This document shows, in pieces, positions 1 through 8,597 of a stretch of 32,000 nucleotides of DNA (its first letter is position 1; each line of letters opens with the position of its first letter). The notes under the pieces were generated by a model. The model searched no databases. It saw nothing but the letters and a program-made list of their open reading frames with translations, and was not told where the DNA came from. Where the stretch lies: NCBI RefSeq assembly GCF_000186885.1, contig NC_014972.1, positions 1,440,001 through 1,472,000 on the forward strand, read 5' to 3'. The stretch comes from Desulfobulbus propionicus DSM 2032 (lineage in GTDB: Bacteria; Desulfobacterota; Desulfobulbia; Desulfobulbales; Desulfobulbaceae). A program made the translations under genes and the position numbers.

Positions 1-161
1 CCAATTTCGTCCATGACCTCAATCACCAGCGGATTGAGGGTACCAGCTTCCAGCCCGCAGCTTTCGACAAAAAAGTCGTCGCGGCCGAGATGCTTGAGAA
101 AAGCCTCGGCCATCTGGCTGCGGGCTGAGTTGTGTTCACAGACGAAAAGGACTTGGAGCAT
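1..161 (-). CDS. arsC: Arsenate reductase ArsC, low-molecular-weight phosphatase-like family; C-terminal part lies beyond the window
   Basis: Manual minus-strand translation from ATG at 161: MLQVLFVCEHNSARSQMAEAFLKHLGRDDFFVESCGLEAGTLNPLVIEVMDEIG. It has the N-terminal C-x5-R type P-loop (CEHNSARSQMAEAF) typical of LMW-PTP/ArsC, and sits directly downstream of acr3. Absent from the supplied ORF track. Confidence 0.88.
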   Translation of the reverse strand, partial: MLQVLFVCEHNSARSQMAEAFLKHLGRDDFFVESCGLEAGTLNPLVIEVMDEI

Positions 162-164
162 GGT

Positions 165-1259
165 TTACCTCTCGGGTTTGACTCGCACATGGCAGACCCC
201 GGTCAGGGTCCGCTGTTCATAGGGAAAATATTTATTCTTCAGTCGCAGGGCCACATTAACCAAAGCGATTAACACCGGCACCTCGACCAGAGGACCGATG
301 ACCGCAGCAAAGGCTTCGCCGGAGTTGATACCGAAAACGGCGATGGCCACGGCTATCGCCAGCTCAAAATTGTTGGACGCGGCAGTGAAGCTCAAGGTGA
401 CGGTCTGCTCGTAGGTCGCCCCTGCTTTCAACGACAGGAAGAACGAGACCCCGAACATTATCAAAAAATAGATGGTTAAGGGCAGGGCAATACGCAACAC
501 ATCGAGTGGCAGCTGAACTATGTATTCACCCTTGAGCGAGAACATCACTAGAATGGTGAAGAGTAGGAAAATCAGGGTCAACGGGCTAATTTTTGGAATG
601 AACACCGTTTCATACCAGTCTCTGCCTTTCAACTTGATGCCAATCAGGCGACTGAGCATGCCGGCGATAAAGGGGATCCCCAGGTAAATGAACACCGATT
701 GGGCGATTTCGCCGATGGAGACATCGACCACTGCTCCGGACAGGCCGAACCAGCCGGGAATGACAGTGATGAAGATCCAGGCGTAGAGGGAGAAAAACAA
801 CACCTGGAAGATCGAGTTGAATGCCACCAATCCAGCGCAGTATTCGGTGTCGCCGTCTGCCAGATCGTTCCAGACAATGACCATGGCGATACAGCGGGCC
901 AAGCCGATGAGGATCAGGCCGACCATGTAGTGCTGCTGGCCGGAAAGCAGGGCGATGGCCAAGAGGAACATCAGCACTGGCCCGATCACCCAATTCTGTA
1001 CCAGGGAGAGCAGCAGCACCCGGCCATTGCGGAAGACCTGGCCCAGTTGCTCGTATTTCACTTTGGCCAAGGGCGGATACATCATCATGATCAGACCGAT
1101 GGCAATGGGAATGTTGGTAGTGCCCACTTGAAAGGCGTTGATCACATGCTGGACGCCGGGAACGGCATAACCGAGCATAACCCCGGCGAACATGGCGAGA
1201 AAGATCCACAGGGTAAGATACCGATCAAGAAAACTGAGTTGTTTTTGGTGCTGAGACAT
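165..1259 (-). CDS. acr3: ACR3 family arsenite efflux transporter
   Basis: 364 aa multi-TM protein with characteristic ACR3 segments ([73 protein letters not shown]). Adjacent to arsC. Confidence 0.95.
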   Translation of the reverse strand: MSQHQKQLSFLDRYLTLWIFLAMFAGVMLGYAVPGVQHVINAFQVGTTNIPIAIGLIMMMYPPLAKVKYEQLGQVFRNGRVLLLSLVQNWVIGPVLMFLLAIALLSGQQHYMVGLILIGLARCIAMVIVWNDLADGDTEYCAGLVAFNSIFQVLFFSLYAWIFITVIPGWFGLSGAVVDVSIGEIAQSVFIYLGIPFIAGMLSRLIGIKLKGRDWYETVFIPKISPLTLIFLLFTILVMFSLKGEYIVQLPLDVLRIALPLTIYFLIMFGVSFFLSLKAGATYEQTVTLSFTAASNNFELAIAVAIAVFGINSGEAFAAVIGPLVEVPVLIALVNVALRLKNKYFPYEQRTLTGVCHVRVKPER

Positions 1260-1475
1260 GGCACATCCTTTGAGAAATAATGTTCAGGAATACATCCAGG
1301 TGCAATGCATTGCATTGACGATACGATCATTTTTTAATCCGCCTGGGCGGATGCGTCAATCCCAAACAAGAATAGACTAGATGGAGGTTAGAGGAAGATG
1401 GGGATTTGATCAGAAAAGCGTTTGCCGGTTGTATTTTGAGGTTCGAGGAACGCCTCGCGCAGTCTAAATAAAAAG

Positions 1476-1506
1476 CAAACGGGCTACCAGATGGGCAGCC
1501 CGTTTG
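1476..1506 (-). terminator. Rho-independent terminator of the oxidoreductase operon
   Basis: Perfect 10-bp stem caaacgggct (1476-1485) / agcccgtttg (1497-1506), followed on the minus strand by CTTTTTATTT. Lies just past the CDS stop at 1528. Confidence 0.8.
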
Positions 1507-1527
1507 TACAGTGATTGATGAAAGAGA

Positions 1528-4500
1528 TTACACTTTGATCAGTTTCACCCTGGTGTCATAAAAAGACACGCTGCCGCCAACTTTGTCGATCATGCAGGTG
1601 TTCTTCAGATGAGGATCGACCCACATGGCGGCATTGGCATGGACGCCGCCGGCCCGCTTTTTGTCGCCCTTGACAAGTTTGCCGTCAATGGTCACATCCA
1701 CAGCCCCCGAATCCCAATGACCATGGCCCAGAGTAAAGGTAACCACTCCGGGGCGGATGGTCTCAGTCACTTGGACCTTACCGATCATCGGCTTCTTGTT
1801 GCCATTGCCCAGATCCCAGACACCATCCGGATTGGTGGCCGAAACCACCTTGACCTGGTCGCCGGTCTTCACCCCCAGCTTCTTGGCGTCGCCAGTGTGG
1901 AGGATAATCGCGTTCTCCGGCATGAGGTCGGTGAGATAGGGCATGGTGATGGTCCGCGCCTTGGTGTGGCGGATATCGCGCTGGGTGATCAGATGGAGCG
2001 GATAGCCCTCGGCGAGTTTGGCTGGCTCGTTGCCCAGGGTGTCGGCTACCGGCACATAGCGGGCAATGCCGTAGTAGGACTTGCCGGTGAAGGCATCCTT
2101 GCAGCCGGCGGTTTTCTCCTGGTAGAGATTGATCTGCTTGCCGCACTTGTTGGCCACCTGCTCGCCCTTGTAGGTGGCCGCCTGGGCGTCGAAGCGGCCG
2201 CCGCGATTCAGCACAGTCACCACCTTGGGCCAGGCAGCACCGGCGATCTTCTGCCAGCGTTCGGCATCAAAGACGTTTTTGGGTAGGTGCCGGCGTGATT
2301 TCAAGAACAGATCGATCTCCTCCTGAGAGGCGTCGGCCACCGGTTCCTTGCGGTCCAGGGCGATGTTGGCCACCATGCGGATGTAGAAGTCGTCCGGACG
2401 GCTGAAATCCTGGCCCTCGCCGAACCCGTCTTTACCAAATCCCTTGAAGCCTAGCTTTTCTGCAAGGGCGAGCCAGAAGGTCTCGTAGGAGATCGGCTGC
2501 TCCTCGCCAAAGACCTTGACCACCTCGTTGGGCGAGGCAATCACTGGCTGTCGGACCGGCTGGATGCGGACTGGCATGTTGGGATGCGAGCCCTGGAACT
2601 CCCAGCGCTCCAAGAAGTGGAGATCCGGGATGATGTAGTCGGCATACATCGAGGTCGGCCCGATAAGGATATCGCTGGCGATGTAGAGCGGCAGTTTGTC
2701 GAGATCGAGGAGGGCTTGAATCTGGGTATGCCCTGCCGGCAGAGAATAGGTCGGAGCCCCCATGTAGGAGAAGACCACCTTCGCCTGGTACGGATAGCCG
2801 TCGGCAATCGATGGCAGGATCTCTTCATAAACATCCGAGGAGATCGGCCACCAATTACGCTTGGCCGGATAGGACTCCTTGCCCTTGAACAGAGTGGATT
2901 CCTCGTATTTGATGTCGTGACGGATGATCGAGGTGCCGAAGGTCTTCAACCCCTTTGGTCCCATCTTCTTGAAGTTGAATGGCTGTTTGTCAGTGCTGCT
3001 GCTGGTACCGTCAACGTTGAAGGTCGAGGCGGCAATCATCCCGCCCTTCCAGTCGAAGTTGCCGATCAGCAGGTTGAGGTTCATGAAACTGGCGATATTG
3101 TAGAAGCCGTTGGTGTGCTGGGCCGGTCCTCGGTGCACATCGACACAGGCTTTCTTGCCGTAGCTGGTGAATTCCTTGGCCACGGCCTCGATGGTAGCCG
3201 CATCGGTGCCGCAGAGAGCCGCGTATTCGGAGAGTGTCTTCTCTTTGGCCGTCTCCAGCATCAGTTGCAGGCTACTCTTGACCTTGATTTCCTTGCCCTC
3301 GGCATCCTTGAGCAGGGTGTCGACGAATAGATCGCCGCTTACTGCTTGCTTGTCGTCGTTGGGGTCGAAGGCCACCGGTTGACCGTCCTTGATGGTCACC
3401 AGATATTCGAAGTCAAACTCCTTGCCGTCCTTGTCGGTGCGTTTCTCGGCTGCCTTCAAACCGATCTCCTGGGCGCGGAGGAACTTGCCGGGCTTGCCCT
3501 CTTTATCGAGCTTCACCAGCCAGGCACCGTTGCTCCAGGTCTGTTCCTTGATCACCGTGGCTGCCGCCTTGTTGCAGCAGGCGAGGAACTGGGCGTCATA
3601 CTTCTTGTTCTCCAATATCCAGCGGGTCATGCCCATAGCGAAGGCGGCATCGGTGCCGGGTAGCACCGGCACCCAACGCTGGGCTTTGGCTGCCAGCTTG
3701 GTGCAGCGCGGATCGAGCACGGTTATCTTCAGCTTGCCGTCGGCCATCCGCTGGGTCATGCGCATGGCGCGGTTGGTGGGGCCGTAGTTGCCGTCGAACA
3801 GGTTGGCGCCGACAAAGAGGATGTAGTCGCTGTTCTCCTGGTCCGCCTGCCAGTAGAATTTCTGGCCGTCCTTGAAGCTGTTGCCGACATACTGCTCACT
3901 CATTGCCTTGCAGGCGAAGTAGAGCGAACCCTGACAGACCGTAGTATGGCCGTGGGTGTTGTTGGTGCCGAAAGCACCGGTGAAGGCGGCGGCGAAATTT
4001 GAGCGACCGGCTTTCTTGCGACCCCAGAAGTAGACGAATTGATTGTTCTTGGGTCCGAAGTCGGGATGCTCCGGGTCGATCAGGGCAGCCAAGTTGGCGG
4101 CATGTTTGGCCTTGAACTCCTCGATAGCCGCCTGCCGCTCCTCGGGTTTTTTCTTGCGCAGCGCTACGGCATCCTTGCCCATATCCTCGAAGGCCTTGCT
4201 GTCGGTCAGGGCATACAACTCTTTCAAGCCGGAAATCTGACGATTCTCCTCGCCGGTTACATGGGCAAACAGTTTGCCGCCACTGACAATCTCCTCAATG
4301 GCCTGGTTGAAAGGGATTGTGGTCCACTTGTTTTCCCCACGCTTGCCAGCCCGTTTCAACACCCTGGTCACTCGGTAGGGATCGTAGGCCCCCTGGTGGC
4401 CTGCCTGCCCCTTGGGACAGAGACCGGCGTCGACCATGACTGCCGTGGCTGGCGCATCCTTCATCTCCAGATGCGGATGGAGGTTGAAGGGATTGTAGGG

Positions 4501-4767
4501 ATTGCCGTCGATCTTGACCGCAACGCCATCGAGAATCTTGACCTTGATGCCGCAGCCGGTATTGCAGTTGAGGCAGACGGAATAAAGAGTGTTCTCCGCC
4601 TTGAGCAGTTCGTAGGCCTCGGCCTGGGTCAGTTCACCGGCCTCGACCCGGGCGATCAGGTCGCGGGCGAAATCGAAATGGGTGGCCACGATGGCGCCGC
4701 AACCGGCCAGGGCCGAAGTTTTGAGGAAATCGCGGCGGGAGACGGTTTTTGCATTCTTATTTGCCAT
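1528..4767 (-). CDS. Mo-bisPGD (DMSO reductase family) respiratory oxidoreductase catalytic subunit, ArrA/TtrA/SrrA-like clade, Tat-exported
   Basis: Tat motif SRRDFLKTSALAGCGA; 4Fe-4S motif C-x2-C-x3-C (CLNCNTGC) with a distal CPKG; long 1079 aa form. Start chosen at MANKNAK (4767), preceded by GGAGGTGC, rather than the 4797 start in the ORF track. Adjacent 4Fe-4S and cytochrome genes. Confidence 0.88.
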   Translation of the reverse strand: MANKNAKTVSRRDFLKTSALAGCGAIVATHFDFARDLIARVEAGELTQAEAYELLKAENTLYSVCLNCNTGCGIKVKILDGVAVKIDGNPYNPFNLHPHLEMKDAPATAVMVDAGLCPKGQAGHQGAYDPYRVTRVLKRAGKRGENKWTTIPFNQAIEEIVSGGKLFAHVTGEENRQISGLKELYALTDSKAFEDMGKDAVALRKKKPEERQAAIEEFKAKHAANLAALIDPEHPDFGPKNNQFVYFWGRKKAGRSNFAAAFTGAFGTNNTHGHTTVCQGSLYFACKAMSEQYVGNSFKDGQKFYWQADQENSDYILFVGANLFDGNYGPTNRAMRMTQRMADGKLKITVLDPRCTKLAAKAQRWVPVLPGTDAAFAMGMTRWILENKKYDAQFLACCNKAAATVIKEQTWSNGAWLVKLDKEGKPGKFLRAQEIGLKAAEKRTDKDGKEFDFEYLVTIKDGQPVAFDPNDDKQAVSGDLFVDTLLKDAEGKEIKVKSSLQLMLETAKEKTLSEYAALCGTDAATIEAVAKEFTSYGKKACVDVHRGPAQHTNGFYNIASFMNLNLLIGNFDWKGGMIAASTFNVDGTSSSTDKQPFNFKKMGPKGLKTFGTSIIRHDIKYEESTLFKGKESYPAKRNWWPISSDVYEEILPSIADGYPYQAKVVFSYMGAPTYSLPAGHTQIQALLDLDKLPLYIASDILIGPTSMYADYIIPDLHFLERWEFQGSHPNMPVRIQPVRQPVIASPNEVVKVFGEEQPISYETFWLALAEKLGFKGFGKDGFGEGQDFSRPDDFYIRMVANIALDRKEPVADASQEEIDLFLKSRRHLPKNVFDAERWQKIAGAAWPKVVTVLNRGGRFDAQAATYKGEQVANKCGKQINLYQEKTAGCKDAFTGKSYYGIARYVPVADTLGNEPAKLAEGYPLHLITQRDIRHTKARTITMPYLTDLMPENAIILHTGDAKKLGVKTGDQVKVVSATNPDGVWDLGNGNKKPMIGKVQVTETIRPGVVTFTLGHGHWDSGAVDVTIDGKLVKGDKKRAGGVHANAAMWVDPHLKNTCMIDKVGGSVSFYDTRVKLIKV

Positions 4768-5518
4768 AGAGCACCTCCAGCTTTTCGGTGGCGACATAGT
4801 AGACCCGTGGCGCGGTTTTCTTGGCCGGCTTGAGCACTTGGACCTTGTTCGCCTTTTTGACCTGGGCGATCAGGCTCTGGGGATCGTTCTCATCGCCAAA
4901 ATATCCGGACCGGCCGATGCAGGTAGTGATGCACATTGGTAACTGTCCTACAGCAAGGCGGTGGAGACAGAAATGGCATTTGCGGGCATTGCCCACCGGA
5001 GTGTTCTTGCCGGAGCGGGGCCATTTCTTGCCATATTCATAGCTGGCCATGGTCTCGTACTTTTGGATTGCCGGCGTACCGTCGCCGTGCATGCCGCCCT
5101 GATCCATGGTGCGGGCGTCGTAAGGGCAAGCAGGTACGCAGGCACCGCAACCGATGCACTGTTCGTAATTGATCATGACCAAGCCGGCGCTGAGACCCTC
5201 TGTTGACTTCCAGGTGGCTCCGTCCTTGCCCTTAACCGGACAGGCGGCGACACAGGGTGGATTGTCGCACTGCATGCAGGGCCGGGGGAGAAAGGTTCGG
5301 CTCACCTTGGGGTATTTGCCCTGCTCGTATTCATGCACCGGACGATAGTACATGCCGGGCGGCAGTTTATTTTCCGAAACACAGCCAACGGTGCAAGCAT
5401 GACAACCGACGCACTTGCGCAGGTCAATCAGCATGGCCCATCGGCGGCTCTTCTCGGGTGCCTTGAGGGCTCGCTCGAGATCTTTCTGCATCACTACCAG
5501 AATATCTTCGTTCTGCAT
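4757..5518 (-). CDS. 4Fe-4S ferredoxin-type electron transfer subunit (ArrB/TtrB/PhsB-like)
   Basis: Four cysteine clusters: CVGCHACTVGC, CMQCDNPPCVAACP, CIGCGACVPACPYD, CHFCLHRL...CITTC. Its end overlaps the start of the catalytic subunit gene. SD GGAGGAAAGGA upstream of the ATG. Confidence 0.93.
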   Translation of the reverse strand: MQNEDILVVMQKDLERALKAPEKSRRWAMLIDLRKCVGCHACTVGCVSENKLPPGMYYRPVHEYEQGKYPKVSRTFLPRPCMQCDNPPCVAACPVKGKDGATWKSTEGLSAGLVMINYEQCIGCGACVPACPYDARTMDQGGMHGDGTPAIQKYETMASYEYGKKWPRSGKNTPVGNARKCHFCLHRLAVGQLPMCITTCIGRSGYFGDENDPQSLIAQVKKANKVQVLKPAKKTAPRVYYVATEKLEVLYGK

Positions 5519-5539
5519 TCCTTTCCTCCTTTGATGGGC

Positions 5540-5842
5540 TTATTTCTTGTGGCAGCTTTCGCAATTTTCCTTAACGCTGAAGGCCTTTTTGCCGTTATGA
5601 CAGGCGCCACAGGATTTACCCTGCTCCATGGCCTTCATGGTCACCGCCTTATGCTGCTTGGTGTTGGTATAGAGCTTGGCATGGCAGTCCTGACACTTCA
5701 ATTCTGCCCCTGTCACATGATTTTCGTGGCTGAAAACCGTGTCTCCTCCCTTGTTTTTCATGGTGACATCGCCGCCGCCGATGCCGGCAAAGGCAACGCT
5801 TCCGGATAACATGACAAGTACCGCAGCTCGAGCCCACTTCAT
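5540..5842 (-). CDS. Secreted triheme c-type cytochrome (c7-like)
   Basis: Signal peptide plus exactly three CxxCH motifs (CQDCH, CGACH, CESCH) in about 100 aa. ATG at 5842 preceded by GGGAGG. Confidence 0.92.
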   Translation of the reverse strand: MKWARAAVLVMLSGSVAFAGIGGGDVTMKNKGGDTVFSHENHVTGAELKCQDCHAKLYTNTKQHKAVTMKAMEQGKSCGACHNGKKAFSVKENCESCHKK

Positions 5843-5877
5843 GGTCACCTCCCTGGCTAAGGTTTATTGACCGTATA

Positions 5878-5906
5878 AATATATCCGGCTAGACAGATGT
5901 TTACAA
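5878..5906 (-). promoter_or_regulatory. Putative sigma70-type promoter for the cytochrome/FeS/Mo operon
   Basis: Minus strand TTGTAA (5901-5906), 17-nt spacer, TATATT (5878-5883), upstream of the c7 gene. Confidence 0.45.
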
Positions 5907-5923
5907 GGCGGGAGTGGGAACCG

Positions 5924-5952
5924 TTGACGTTAATTTTTCGCTGCGGTATTTT
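5924..5952 (+). promoter_or_regulatory. Putative sigma70-type promoter for arsR
   Basis: TTGACG (5924-5929), 17-nt spacer, TATTTT (5947-5952). Confidence 0.45.
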
Positions 5953-5958
5953 GGTGCG

Positions 5959-6309
5959 ATGCAAACAATTACTGAACTGTTCAAATCACTGTCCGATGAA
6001 ACCAGGCTGCGTCTGCTCATTCTCCTGCAAGGGGGAAGCGAGTATTGCGTCTGCGACTTAATGAACGCGCTTGATATGCCGCAATCGACGGTCTCCCGCC
6101 ATTTGGCCTATCTGAAACGAAACGGATGGCTACAGGATCGGCGAGGTGGGGTATGGATGTATTATTCCTTGAAGAAAGACATGGATGCCTTTCTCCAGGC
6201 CCAACTGGTTCTCCTCATCAATCAGTTGGCGAACAATCCTGTCTACAGGGCTGATAAGCGGCGCCTTGAAGCGTACCTGCAGGCCAAGAACCCCAATTCC
6301 TGCAAATAA
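5959..6309 (+). CDS. arsR: ArsR/SmtB family arsenical-responsive transcriptional regulator
   Basis: wHTH protein MQTITELFKSLSDETRLRLLILLQGGSEYCVCDLMNALDMPQSTVSRHLAYLKRNGWL with the CVCDL metal-binding-box motif. Divergent from the reductase operon. An alternative GTG start lies at 5914. Confidence 0.9.
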   Translation: MQTITELFKSLSDETRLRLLILLQGGSEYCVCDLMNALDMPQSTVSRHLAYLKRNGWLQDRRGGVWMYYSLKKDMDAFLQAQLVLLINQLANNPVYRADKRRLEAYLQAKNPNSCK

Positions 6310-6324
6310 CTGGGAGGAGCCATC

Positions 6325-7392
6325 ATGTATCGGGGGTGGCCGTTCTCTTGTCTTCCCCGGCTTGAATGGCTCCAGATAGAGATTAGTTCCGACTGCACGG
6401 CCAACTGTTTTTATTGCCCCCGAACCGTGTACAAAGACCGATGGCTCACTCAGCATATGGAGGAGAGCCTTTTCCGCCGCTTGCTGCCAGCTTTCAAGAA
6501 AATTCGCTTCGTCCACCTGCAGGGCTGGGGCGATCCTTTCACTCACCCTCAATTCTTTGACTTTGCCCGCCTTGCCAAACATGCCGGCTGCCAGGTGGGA
6601 ACCACCACCAACGGTATGCTGCTCAACGAGCGGATATGCGAACAGTTAGTCGAAGAACGCATTGACACAGTCGGGTTTTCCCTTGCCGGAACCGGCGCGG
6701 AGAACGATCACTATCGCCAAGGCACACGCCTTGAGAAAGTGTTGTCAGTCATTGAGGACATCCACCGGGCAAAGCAGCGAACTGGTGCCGACCGGCCACA
6801 CCTGCACATTGCCTATCTTTTACTCAAGTCCGGGATAGCATACCTTGACCGTCTACCTGATCTGTTGCGCAACAGAGGTATTGCACAGGTGGTTATCAGT
6901 ACCTTGGATGCGGTCGGCAGCCCTTTGTTGGCGAATGAAACGTTCTCGCCCGAGGATCGACTTGAAATGGACGAGGTGCGGCAGCATCTGGAAGAGGTTG
7001 TCGACGCCGGGCGCAAGGTGGGCCTGACCATCTACTACCGGCTCCCGGCAAATCCGAAAAAACAGGAGGGAGACCGACAATACATTGAAGATGAATCGTT
7101 CATTCCAATCCCTGAGCCGCAAATGTGCAGCGAAAATGTACAGTGTGCTGCCTTTATAGGCGTGACCGGCAACGTGTCGCCTTGCGTTTTTGTCAATTTG
7201 CCCATAACCGCTCCACCACCTGATCCTGCCGATTCCATAGCTCACCCCTATCGTCCCGTCGTGTTTGGCACCATAGCGAATGCCCGTTTTGAAAAAATCT
7301 GGCATTCACAGCCGTATGCATCCTTCCGCAAGGCTCATCACTCCGGCGCCATTCCAGCTGCATGCGAGCTGTGCACAAAGTTTTCTCGATAA
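6325..7392 (+). CDS. Radical SAM protein with a SPASM-like C-terminal cysteine region
   Basis: CTANCFYC (CxxxCxxC) radical SAM motif, GGDP-like segment GWGDPF, C-terminal cysteine cluster (CSENVQCAAF...SPCVF...CELC). Confidence 0.88.
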   Translation: MYRGWPFSCLPRLEWLQIEISSDCTANCFYCPRTVYKDRWLTQHMEESLFRRLLPAFKKIRFVHLQGWGDPFTHPQFFDFARLAKHAGCQVGTTTNGMLLNERICEQLVEERIDTVGFSLAGTGAENDHYRQGTRLEKVLSVIEDIHRAKQRTGADRPHLHIAYLLLKSGIAYLDRLPDLLRNRGIAQVVISTLDAVGSPLLANETFSPEDRLEMDEVRQHLEEVVDAGRKVGLTIYYRLPANPKKQEGDRQYIEDESFIPIPEPQMCSENVQCAAFIGVTGNVSPCVFVNLPITAPPPDPADSIAHPYRPVVFGTIANARFEKIWHSQPYASFRKAHHSGAIPAACELCTKFSR

Positions 7393-7856
7393 TAACCCTA
7401 CTCTTTCACTAAGTTGCAGAATCAATCACCCCAAGGTAAAAACAGGTCAACAATCCTGAAAAATAGAGAAACTGTTTAGGCCACCGTTTCCATCCAAGCC
7501 ATTGGGTCATTGCTTTTTTCCTCAGAGATATGGATGTCTGGCTAAATGCTACATCCGATGATTTTCTCTTACCAAATCGCATTGTCGGAATAAATGAAGT
7601 CCAACACAAAACGGAGACTTTCCTAGCCGTGGCCAGTTATTATATTCGATTTAAATACAATATGTTGAATGTCGCGCCACCCGTCGTTGTCAGGTGAAAA
7701 TTCTCTCAGTCTCCCCCTGAAACCCCCTCTGTTTTTCCCCTCAACTACTTCCAAAACGATGTCACGCAGCAGGTGCGATGTCATCACCCCGGAAAAAAGA
7801 AGAGAGACCGATTGGAACGGTCGCCTTTTCCATTTTCACCAGGGATATGATCATCC

Positions 7857-8597
7857 ATGCAGTCCATCATTCTGTCTTTAGCCAGCCGATACGCTCTTTC
7901 CACCGCCGAAGTCATCCAGGAAATCGAATCCGCTTTTGCTCGCCAGCTCTCCCAGTGGTACCGCCGGGAAGTCATGGTCTTTCTCCGGGAGGGTATGCAA
8001 CTGGAGGTTGTGGCCTACGGCAAAAAGAACGGCCTTCCTGTGCAACGCACTCTCGATCTTCCGACTGTTCTTTCCCGCAATCAATTCAAGACCATTCTGG
8101 AAAACCACCTGGCCACTGCCGCAGTTATCAAACAGGTCCGCCAGCTCAAAGGGTTTGAGCGGCAGCTGCTCTGGGGCGAAGTCATCCGTAATCGGGCCTG
8201 CGACCATCTCCTGGTTGAAACCGAGATCATCCCGGACGAACCGATTATCGCCATCTGTCCCGTCAACCGGATCGGCCTGCATGAACGCCATGCTGGCCGT
8301 TTTCAGCCTGGCCAACGCCGGGCCTTCCACCTGCGCCGAATCGAACCGGTGCTTGTGAACGGCACCCCTCGTACCAAAGTCATCCTGGATCGGGTCTCGA
8401 AGACTCTGACCGAAAATTTGCTCCGCCATCATCTGGGCGATGCGGCAGATCGGTTTCACTTCCGCTGCCTGAAACGCTACGTCGGCCACAAGAGCATTGT
8501 CCTGACCACAAGAAGGTTGCCGCGCGAGGTAATCATCGCGGTGGACCGGGAACTCCAGGAACGGATCGAGGTCCGGATCGTCAAGGCCTTGTCATGA
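7857..8597 (+). CDS. Conserved-looking protein of unknown function, first gene of the mobilisation-like operon
   Basis: 246 aa ORF with 4-nt ATGA overlap to the TraD-like gene. The order and flavour of the segments GEVIRNRACDHLLVETE..., RTKVILDRVSKTLTENLLRH and RLPREVIIAVDREL faintly recall NusA S1/KH regions (weak inference). Confidence 0.7.
   Translation: MQSIILSLASRYALSTAEVIQEIESAFARQLSQWYRREVMVFLREGMQLEVVAYGKKNGLPVQRTLDLPTVLSRNQFKTILENHLATAAVIKQVRQLKGFERQLLWGEVIRNRACDHLLVETEIIPDEPIIAICPVNRIGLHERHAGRFQPGQRRAFHLRRIEPVLVNGTPRTKVILDRVSKTLTENLLRHHLGDAADRFHFRCLKRYVGHKSIVLTTRRLPREVIIAVDRELQERIEVRIVKALS

Noticed and set aside
13-222. 69-aa plus-strand ORF at the left edge
   Set aside because: Antisense to the real arsC N-terminus and the end of acr3.
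4039-4833. 264-aa plus-strand ORF opposite the Mo reductase gene
   Set aside because: Antisense artefact of the real Mo oxidoreductase CDS, no motif or SD.
7393-7856. Left att site of the tRNA-Leu element or remnant gene in the AT-rich gap after the radical SAM gene
   Set aside because: No copy of the tRNA-Leu 3' end was seen, and the 66-aa minus-strand ORF (7409-7609) has no supporting features.
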